This document shows positions 59,201-64,000 of a stretch of 64,000 nucleotides of DNA, one piece after another. Both the position numbers and the translations under genes were made by a program. Position 1 is the stretch's first letter, and the number at the start of each line of letters is the position of its first letter. Origin of the DNA: Candidatus Poseidoniaceae archaeon (GTDB lineage Archaea > Thermoplasmatota > Poseidoniia > Poseidoniales > Poseidoniaceae); contig CALKGM010000001.1 in assembly GCA_938084675.1 (NCBI GenBank), positions 22,181 through 86,180 on the forward strand. Direction: 5' to 3'. The notes beneath the pieces are model-generated. The model did no database searches. It was not told the origin of the DNA and saw only the letters and a list, made by a program, of their open reading frames with translations.

Positions 59201-62200
59201 GTTACCACCAGGAATAATGTCCAGTGATGTTGTCATGAGGTCCAAGCCATCAATGTGAATTGATTCCATTGCTGCGATTGTTGCGCTGGCGTATGCTTGT
59301 CCAGAGAACACCACGTTGTTGATGTAGACATCACTGTCAACACCCGCATCCGAGGTGATTGCACTTCCTGCAGTCGAACCCGATGTTGTTGGGGAAGTGA
59401 CTGTGACGTTACTTAGGAAGAGGTCTTCCAAGTCAACATCAACGAAGTTCACGTACGAATTGGTGAAACTCATGTTCTCCATGTGAAGGAGACCTGAACT
59501 TGAACCAGGAACGCTCATTACTGCACCATCGGTTAGAGTACCGGCGGTGTTACAGTTGGTCACAGTTCCTTCTTTCAATACGGCGATTGTGTTTTCAGCG
59601 AAGTCGAAACATGAACCTGTAACACCGCTTACGGTGAAGTCATTCATGGTGACTGCTGTACCTTGTCCACTTCCGTGAGTGAAGACGGATCCTACGTTTT
59701 CAAAGGTCACATCACTCATGGTGAAGTTCCCAGTGTTACAGTCTGCGGTAGCTGAACCACAGGATGGTCCCGTTCCATCATGGCGACTTCCAGAGCGGAA
59801 GACTGAGTCGGTTGTGTTGTTGAAGTTTACATTCTTGAACACGTGGCGGTTATCGGTTCCACCGGTGGTGGTACAATCGTTTGTGAACGCCATTCCGAGC
59901 CAATCCGCACCGTTAATTCCGGTGAAGTTGATCGGAGCAGTTGCACTTCCGTTAGCAAAGAACTTGGTACATGCACCGTCAAAGGAAATACCCTTTCCGG
60001 ATGCAATCTGAATTTCCACACCAGGCTCGATGGTCAAATCTGAGCTGACTACAAGATACTTGTTGGATGGATTAATTCGGATAGGGCTGTCAGTAAGGTC
60101 CCAATGCGGGTCTGCAGTAATATCAGCAGAGACATCGGTTCCCTTTCCTTCGTACGGCATAATACGGTAGTAGGTGGAACAATCTTGGTTGGATGTTACG
60201 AAGCAGTAGTAGTTGTTGTAAACAGTGTTGAACGGTGCAATCAAACCACCACGGGCATATGTACTTCCTTTGTAAGGTAGTTCTGGTTGATGCCATGTCC
60301 AAAGTGTTCGTTGTGTGTTTGTGTTACCGTTGTCAAGGAAGAACATTGATCCTTGTCGGTTGATTTGCACACGGTCGTTGCTGTCGTCGCCGTCGTAAGT
60401 AGTTCCGAAGTAATCGAACTCAAATCCAGCAGGAATGTCGATGTTAGCGGAACACTGGTTTTGGTAACTGGTAAAGTAATACCAGCAGTAGTATGCATAT
60501 GGTCGGCCATTCGAGGAGCCACTGAGTGCAGTGTTAGCGTTGGCCAATTCGACAAGTCCCTTATCGAAGGTCTCCCAACCGTCAGAGGTAGCACTTGTAT
60601 GGATTCGGAAGTTACTGGTCGTTGGCGTGTAGCCTTGGCTGCTGTAACTGCCTGCCTTGTTCGAAATACTGTCACCCTTGTTACGGGTTTGGTCCATATA
60701 TCCGATTTCCCACGATTCGTAGTTAGCAGAACATCCTGAATCATACTTGAATTCAATCTCGTTGGTGACATCGTAGAAGAGAGCCTGAACAGTACAATCG
60801 TAACCGTAGGTGTAGTAGCTCATGTCATGCCATTCAACAGCGAAGATCTTGTTAGGGTCGCCTCGCTCAAATGAGTACGTTGAGGAAGTGTTGATGTTGA
60901 TTCCAGCGGAGACCGTAGAAACGTCACGAGCGGTGAAGTAGTATTCGACCGAGTCGTTAACTTCCAGATCTTCAATGTCAGCAGTCCATGTGCATTGCTT
61001 CAACGAACAATCTGCGCGAGCGTTACCTGCTTCATGGTCCATGACCGTTGAAACCCAGGTGCCTGCAGAGCCGCCGTCAGGCGTGATACGGTGATAGAGC
61101 GTTGGCCCAACACCGGGGTCAATACTGGTATTTACTCCACTTGCTGGGTCGCCACCATCAATGATGCCTACAGAGACCGTGCGTATCTTCGAGTGGGAGT
61201 CCGACATTCCGCTGTGAGTAAAGGTAGGCTTGTACGTGTCAGGCGTAGGTGCGACATTACCAACCTTGTAGGTGATATCGCCTGTACTGGCTTGACGCCC
61301 GTAATAGCCGCTACCCATTGCGAAGCCGCTCCAACGGTACGAGTTCTTGTTACCGTAGATCATGTAGTAAGCAGGAGTACATCGGTCGTAGCTGGTTGCT
61401 CGGTAGAAGTAGTACCAACCGTTTGTAGTGACACACATTCGGTTAGCGGTTGTGGAACTTCCAGTGCTGTTGAAATTAAACATTCCAAAGTCACCGGTGA
61501 TGTCGCCAGGGATTGCAAACTTGTACGCCTTGGTGTAGGAACCGTAGGAGTACGAGAGTGTTGCGGATGAACCACCGGTCAACGGTGCCTCAATTCCTGT
61601 CTCTGTACCAATACCTACAGTTGCCCATGCGTTGTCTGCACTGTCGTAAAGCATAACGAGGTTCATTCCAGGTCCGTTTTTAGCACCAACCTGAAGGTAT
61701 CCGTTACCGTTGTTGTTCCATAGGTTTTGGTCACCCTTGTTGGTGTAGGCGTTCATTCCCCAGTAGCCGTAGGCTGGCTTATCGCTCCATCGAGCGAGCC
61801 AGTTTCCGTAGGTCGTGCTCGTTCCAGTGTAGAAACAAGAGGAAGTGCCTGTACCACATGCTGAAGTATCAAATTCAAAGTAATACTCATCATTGTCTGA
61901 GAAATAAGTCAATTGGCGGTCAAAGAATCCACCAGCGTTCCAAGAACTGTAAGCCGTAACGTCAGTTGTCAAAACGGTCATTTTCTTTGAAGTGGTTGGA
62001 GCATTTGCAGGATCAACAACGTCAAACTGGTAAGGAGTTGGTATGGATTGAGCTCCTGTTCGTGCAGGTTCGTATCCAACGTTTGCTCCGTTGCTTCCGG
62101 TGTTCAGGTCTTGATACTTCCAATAGTACCGGAAGTCATCTCCAAACTCCACATTAGGAGTTCGGGCCTTGAAACGGCAATCTGTTGTTGTAGAACTGCA

Positions 62201-64000
62201 TGTACCAATTGAAACAAGTTCACCTGCATCAAATTGATTGTTGGAACCAAGACCATAGGATGTTGAAGCCCATGAAGTCCCTGCGTCAGTCGAGTAGTAC
62301 AACTTGGGAGCGTTGGATGAGGTCGTATCAATTCCGGACATATCTGACAACGAGATGAAGAATGTTCGCTCTCCTTCAAGGTATGAGTCAATTCCTGTGT
62401 AAGGCACATAATCGGAGGTTGGGGCATCCGCATCTGTACCGCCAGTGTAGACGATTGCAAGATGGTAAACGTTCGATCCGCTAGAGTATCCGTATCGCAA
62501 GAGGCGGGAACCTGTGTAGGTTTCACCAATTCCGACGGATCCGCTTGAGGTCCCAGCGTTTCCAATAGCCGAGTTAATCAAGCCAATTCCACCGGTTGTT
62601 GAAGAACAAGCGGTAGCAGAGTTACAAAGTGTACCTGTCTTCCATCCAGTTCCACCAACCGAGATGGTCCCGGCTGTTGGAGAGTTCCAGATTGAAGAAA
62701 TCACGGAACGCGCAGCTGTTCCACCGTAGTTTTGAGTTACATAACTCGGATTGATAGCGCTGGAACTGCAACTTCGTGTATTGATGTTAGAATTGTATCT
62801 GTTGTCAAGTCCACATGATTGCATGACCTTGATGTTAACGCTAGCGCTGGAAGAGGCATAGGCGTAGTAGGAAATGTGTTCCTTCCATTGCATGCTCTGA
62901 ATTGCAGCGCCCGTAGGGAGGGCGTTACTTGATGTAAAGGAAACCTTATGCCAAGGGAGATAGTAGATGCTACTGTAATATTTGTACAAGTATCGAAGTG
63001 TGTTGTTGTAACAATATCCATAGTAGATATAACAGTATCCACCCGTGCCGACATTGACCTTGAGCGTTGGATCAATTCCAACAGGGTAAACTCGGTCTTC
63101 AGAAAGGAGCCATGATGTCTCTACAACAGTAGTGAGGATGACATCGGGGCCATAGACTTGAACGAAGAAGGTCCCGATGTATGGGTCTCCACCGCTCGCA
63201 TCAATGATAACTGGAGTAGGGAGTTCCAAGAGAACTTCTCCGGTTTCGATGTTTCGGATGTGAAGTGCTTCGCTGGTTTGGAACACGTCTTCACCCAACT
63301 GGGTTTCGCCAGAGTAAAGGGCGTAGCCAGTAGGAATGCGAAGGCCTTCTGAAAGACCAAACCAAACTGCATTTTCATGGAGTACTGGTGCTTCTCGGAC
63401 GACGAGGTTCTGCTTGACTTGCGTTGAGTCAACAGTGTAATCCAAGTCAAATCCTTCAGCGAGAGGGTATCGGATGACGTTTCCACCAACTTCAATTGCG
63501 CTCGTACTTGGAGCGGAGAAGTAAGGTTCCGGAGCAGTTCCTGTCTCATCAAGGGTCACCAGCATTGGATTCAATCCTGAAATTACTGGATCGACGCCCT
63601 GGTTAACTTGAACCATGATACCGCTACCGGCTTCAGGTCCAAAATGAGTCACAAAGGTGTTCTCGGTAACACTCCAGCCTTCTGGCATTGCCTTGATGTT
63701 AAGATCAATGTTTTCCCAGGTGTTGTCACTGCTACGGTAGTGCACTGGCTCTGTGGCAATCAATTGTGCAATGTTACCGTCCTCAGTAAGGTAGGCTTTG
63801 GTTTTCTCGTCTCTCATCCCTTGTAGTTCAAGCGATGGGTCATATTCGTAGTTGATCTCTTCGATTTTATCGGGGAGGCGGAAGAAGTCTTCCTCTCCAG
63901 TTGTGCTTGATTCAACAAACTCAACATCTACACTGTCGTTGCTCATGTATCCACTCATTGGCATGAGTGCCATCAAAGCGCACAATAGCAGTGCAATTCC
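50240..64000 (-). CDS. Giant (>4580 aa, 5'-truncated) surface protein with beta-helix, NIDO-like, DOMON-like and cadherin-like regions, an internal VPxxxP-TM-RR motif and a C-terminal archaeal type IV pilin-like domain
   Basis: Frame is open to the window edge, where it reads GIALLLCALMALMP (signal-peptide core). LTIEPGV and IxNN beta-helix repeats, VNDKP/VNDAP repeats, then VPSFAP-TM-RR and AVSPVIATILMVAITVVL. Confidence 0.88.
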   Translation of the reverse strand, partial: GIALLLCALMALMPMSGYMSNDSVDVEFVESSTTGEEDFFRLPDKIEEINYEYDPSLELQGMRDEKTKAYLTEDGNIAQLIATEPVHYRSSDNTWENIDLNIKAMPEGWSVTENTFVTHFGPEAGSGIMVQVNQGVDPVISGLNPMLVTLDETGTAPEPYFSAPSTSAIEVGGNVIRYPLAEGFDLDYTVDSTQVKQNLVVREAPVLHENAVWFGLSEGLRIPTGYALYSGETQLGEDVFQTSEALHIRNIETGEVLLELPTPVIIDASGGDPYIGTFFVQVYGPDVILTTVVETSWLLSEDRVYPVGIDPTLKVNVGTGGYCYIYYGYCYNNTLRYLYKYYSSIYYLPWHKVSFTSSNALPTGAAIQSMQWKEHISYYAYASSSASVNIKVMQSCGLDNRYNSNINTRSCSSSAINPSYVTQNYGGTAARSVISSIWNSPTAGTISVGGTGWKTGTLCNSATACSSTTGGIGLINSAIGNAGTSSGSVGIGETYTGSRLLRYGYSSGSNVYHLAIVYTGGTDADAPTSDYVPYTGIDSYLEGERTFFISLSDMSGIDTTSSNAPKLYYSTDAGTSWASTSYGLGSNNQFDAGELVSIGTCSSTTTDCRFKARTPNVEFGDDFRYYWKYQDLNTGSNGANVGYEPARTGAQSIPTPYQFDVVDPANAPTTSKKMTVLTTDVTAYSSWNAGGFFDRQLTYFSDNDEYYFEFDTSACGTGTSSCFYTGTSTTYGNWLARWSDKPAYGYWGMNAYTNKGDQNLWNNNGNGYLQVGAKNGPGMNLVMLYDSADNAWATVGIGTETGIEAPLTGGSSATLSYSYGSYTKAYKFAIPGDITGDFGMFNFNSTGSSTTANRMCVTTNGWYYFYRATSYDRCTPAYYMIYGNKNSYRWSGFAMGSGYYGRQASTGDITYKVGNVAPTPDTYKPTFTHSGMSDSHSKIRTVSVGIIDGGDPASGVNTSIDPGVGPTLYHRITPDGGSAGTWVSTVMDHEAGNARADCSLKQCTWTADIEDLEVNDSVEYYFTARDVSTVSAGININTSSTYSFERGDPNKIFAVEWHDMSYYTYGYDCTVQALFYDVTNEIEFKYDSGCSANYESWEIGYMDQTRNKGDSISNKAGSYSSQGYTPTTSNFRIHTSATSDGWETFDKGLVELANANTALSGSSNGRPYAYYCWYYFTSYQNQCSANIDIPAGFEFDYFGTTYDGDDSNDRVQINRQGSMFFLDNGNTNTQRTLWTWHQPELPYKGSTYARGGLIAPFNTVYNNYYCFVTSNQDCSTYYRIMPYEGKGTDVSADITADPHWDLTDSPIRINPSNKYLVVSSDLTIEPGVEIQIASGKGISFDGACTKFFANGSATAPINFTGINGADWLGMAFTNDCTTTGGTDNRHVFKNVNFNNTTDSVFRSGSRHDGTGPSCGSATADCNTGNFTMSDVTFENVGSVFTHGSGQGTAVTMNDFTVSGVTGSCFDFAENTIAVLKEGTVTNCNTAGTLTDGAVMSVPGSSSGLLHMENMSFTNSYVNFVDVDLEDLFLSNVTVTSPTTSGSTAGSAITSDAGVDSDVYINNVVFSGQAYASATIAAMESIHIDGLDLMTTSLDIIPGGNSQTGNGPSSTSMKMMDINSGDLTMKRIHPGVFDEITANVVTLTGNYITSEVLTMNDFDADSFTLTGCGWSVDMVAPTLDRVKSSASCANSKNTMTVSDATFTHGSSTEHVIDGRNSHITVGESSISSTSASSSGPYVAKARSGTNIVLIASDLNGNDCSGASGNTGSCSIDVSSSSSNPSMVYFGGLASVRVFRLDASNNPAYKANHVVTTSLVDASLNEVFQVGLHRTSAVTSDLGNSSVWVVRGDSDNTLFEDHIIRAFGSAGQNETYPDNFPDATLASAWYPSAGFTLGTHMDLQLEPAPITFNDPATDCNAMRNNVNLSGAYTPSTDTFAWDDTKITITENIMIDGCHLRMDGGVLRVQSTSTNTPVITIKSGGSLTVTNDGTKATPGTIRAVSPTYGLNMDIQDGSLVLDNGVLRDLACDTTTMGCLMIGNGATLQMMDSGTIYGSTATSDEMATVKIDGGTVNIDSSSIINNGQTGTALWVQNSGGSINGITVKNAAVGIQAYNGAPQVDGFTANGNTIGVSAYGGMSLPTIYRSTILSGMSAGWETYEIDLSTYLGTGNYLQVGANSIYGGGNAHPVYNSYYSKDYFITDRMNIQFTDDSGNSWNITDGDQKGYYPYSSSDPAINSNSDVGSYSGGVGGAPSWHCNYYGYDYGPNYQNQDGYYYYMYRYWLGQTSGFDRYEQPEEFGFRWESIEDVSPTGYYQSRYPYKYWGDYSPASQFQGVYSPPEGSNGQSGWVGAGNPPSYASTGYPNNYGVCSDYVYTPYVNAGQGARVTYPIVDISGATANGGNISKVSLWIDVLHKGADNYQDRYDFVARSGNNPASLGEYVRESGTALFKNGQIIGSDVGIDIGGGYAAGVFENIDITAPTTAGVYVTGSSAASSSNINVTGGDYGVLAGTSASGRFDLQNVDFENQNLAGIYYLKDLNTAFSGTITGAQGPALKYGLNTNRDIALSGLSIGQNGVGIESLGSSNFVLKDVELNNTKDVVISGSSTMDFIEGDLNVSTVEVTGTGLFSRMREVDITVTANVTSGGTTTTEDVSGTNVVLKDGDGVVTGMAETDTNGVASDLTFVTQNVDAGSCSAVCNLSLSGYTAVTVATIDYFYTSSADNADFRYAFEPMTLTNTPGNTDSIDLVETFDSRICYRYTSTSYIQQNACSTLGTGSTRTYSNGLVEYGYYYTISGNDIAGDTVMFDTPFIYLQGGTHNWNGTNIISTSSYTFDNANRFYPRYNQEVNLWMHNTNVTATAVSDQGEMQGFQIGYQYYSMNLDMDRSTISGVASIWGTIGYGTYNEHELDHFRITNSTLTHFKGYTALTNAIQNTDICVQLNGGEESLIYNNTFYDCGSAIQLERSPYYYSHTASELGADNVTIDSNKFYDGGEIADVWLYSSSQADGTIITNNEFNPNGGRAVSVYSGKVTDLLIQDNTIVGSKNAISINTVSNFTVHNNTIGGISDPSSTGIQVFKSTGDVTNNTLVDADGGIYLSEMRSPPAPTNSLCSISSSGYRTSDSCTFNIASGKSADVNLGTDNWGYEISITIDKPDGSTDTWGTYSFSSNTEYLPLKSYSDAGAYTLTVRDSYGDGGATINVLESTGGSSGYAGPDISGNTVGLSAGRVSPNAVGITALSCDGVTILSGTNTITLGDNAIVIDDCDFSDEGSTLIGSGDTSTIGIVADDTNRFLNLDGTTISGYAIGLTKENGDLSMIGGTDITGTDYGVHVESTSVTAINAAVDGGSTGTGLYVVDSSDVWVYPMDASGLIGVHIDNTPFRWDGGTSDATTAIYVEDSIGSVENLTWSASTTQINAGPRSHVTSIGNTLLSSAITIDSTSVIDEANLLSIETTHLGDLPQDEVALLVTSTDDERASYVSTSFQPETMSVDGSNEDWVGGNALNPSGYAMPGKMSGDGTDDFLVTYVEGDSLYMGMTGSDLTSSDVLIYISVDGSGSDVGYNGLGGAHNLPFSANYVLWADSDSSYDLYSYGFLGWSRSTLSTANIDADFSTSLGEISIPWSRIGGMPSQIDIVAIVQQETTADITTVHPSQTLDQTATLQNLTKFMTVELDHDDLMTGNLNDEVLVYRSYKGVATAGAAKNYDIMLKTPAECAYDWATIEDVSMATNVAFDDSYTAGAGDTTDVRATVDIQRACPVIDTEATTAPSDGLSSFDKDEDSSAFTFSLTNLVDDVQDAEIDLDWVVTEGTLVAFDNVLIDWAQNGQDVTITPLADQFGTVVFSFEVTDSNGLSDSHNITYTVNNVNDKPVICNNDRVATDCMPIISEDGSFNNILPEGFGTHTKFLGDVSNATRSYIRDMANEQSPSRQTYTWGASIPSTCEAFTVDVVNNELTITENTANEKGGTCMVTLSLSDDGAENTDAETFDVAFSVSPVNDAPVIRNWDAANGTTIVNKANLPINQAWKLVMTEDDTNEDNLTFDLSAIKADVDHDMDDLLWTVESTDQCTYSNYFTTTIIGDDLVFDLIEDAATDVPNEQRDYLNNGGIHQIPPTGSSYCEITLVLRDTPTAPIVDGEYNTHIPNYDTALMPIAAYEQGVATKTIGVKVTNVPEQVPDYAFDGVTGFSFNGVTNVMTGTYIPVTVTIDGAGDPGPYRYDHMLAVTYHSDGHTDIEQTRYYDVPDYNSAVKLTEDVYVTRDTTHVWVEMDVLTCLDNPCDLTKSTTERFIADNPASHYRVINGVQSDEPWSAPGRYGQDATASSIRRPLLEDSNWCNNVMTSLPTADPCNAADQDTADTTFLATAQDIPTVVDTVGASAVPSFAPSIIAVAMAGLFVSLLTFSSRRADEEDEEVVERIEEDETAVSPVIATILMVAITVVLSGVIYVWASSLAETDVKGVPRITFQMEDVNGVDADEGHWRISVMNAQTALATQAVEVRVIYQNSTGGQSVVTVNLAESAGVYGFNPANSDAFVTFVDSVDRDGNRSISTFNSGDTIFVRTHAPDGTPLTGVTITITYAPPNGNGAELTKWSNLAFNKKA

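Noticed and set aside
38-63826. Numerous 60-250 aa ORFs antisense or off-frame to the called genes
   Set aside because: Shadow ORFs with no recognisable motifs, overlapping well-supported genes.
50240-64000. Rhs/polymorphic toxin or DGR target interpretation of the giant ORF
   Set aside because: No YD-repeat core, toxin tip, immunity gene, reverse transcriptase or TR/VR pair visible.

Overview
Gene-dense 64 kb archaeal chromosomal segment. It carries PolD small subunit, RFC small subunit, GatD, pelota, an archaeal-type AspRS and a BHB-intron tRNA-Met. This content plus several giant acidic surface proteins points to Thermoplasmatota, probably Marine Group II/Poseidoniales (inference). No CRISPR array, integrase or transposase was seen. 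Two loci stand out. (1) A >4,580-aa surface protein (50240->64000, minus strand) ends in an internal VPxxxP-TM-RR sorting-type motif, a short acidic linker, and then an archaeal class III (prepilin) signal with a ~176-aa type IV pilin-like domain, i.e. a candidate adhesin-pilin polyprotein. A four-hairpin RNA element follows its stop codon. (2) An aminoaromatic catabolism cluster (5129-15294) encodes a 2-aminophenol 1,6-dioxygenase whose alpha subunit is fused to a RidA-family deaminase, an aminomuconate-semialdehyde-type ALDH, a luciferase-like monooxygenase, a class 3 asparaginase-fold enzyme with an altered metal motif, an atypical SDR and an HGGxW hydrolase. Also seen: a long/short pair of stalked surface proteins, a surface hydrolase lacking its catalytic Ser, a TetR-ABC module with a palindromic operator, and a recurring non-canonical promoter motif. 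All family assignments come from motif recognition by eye; no searches were run.
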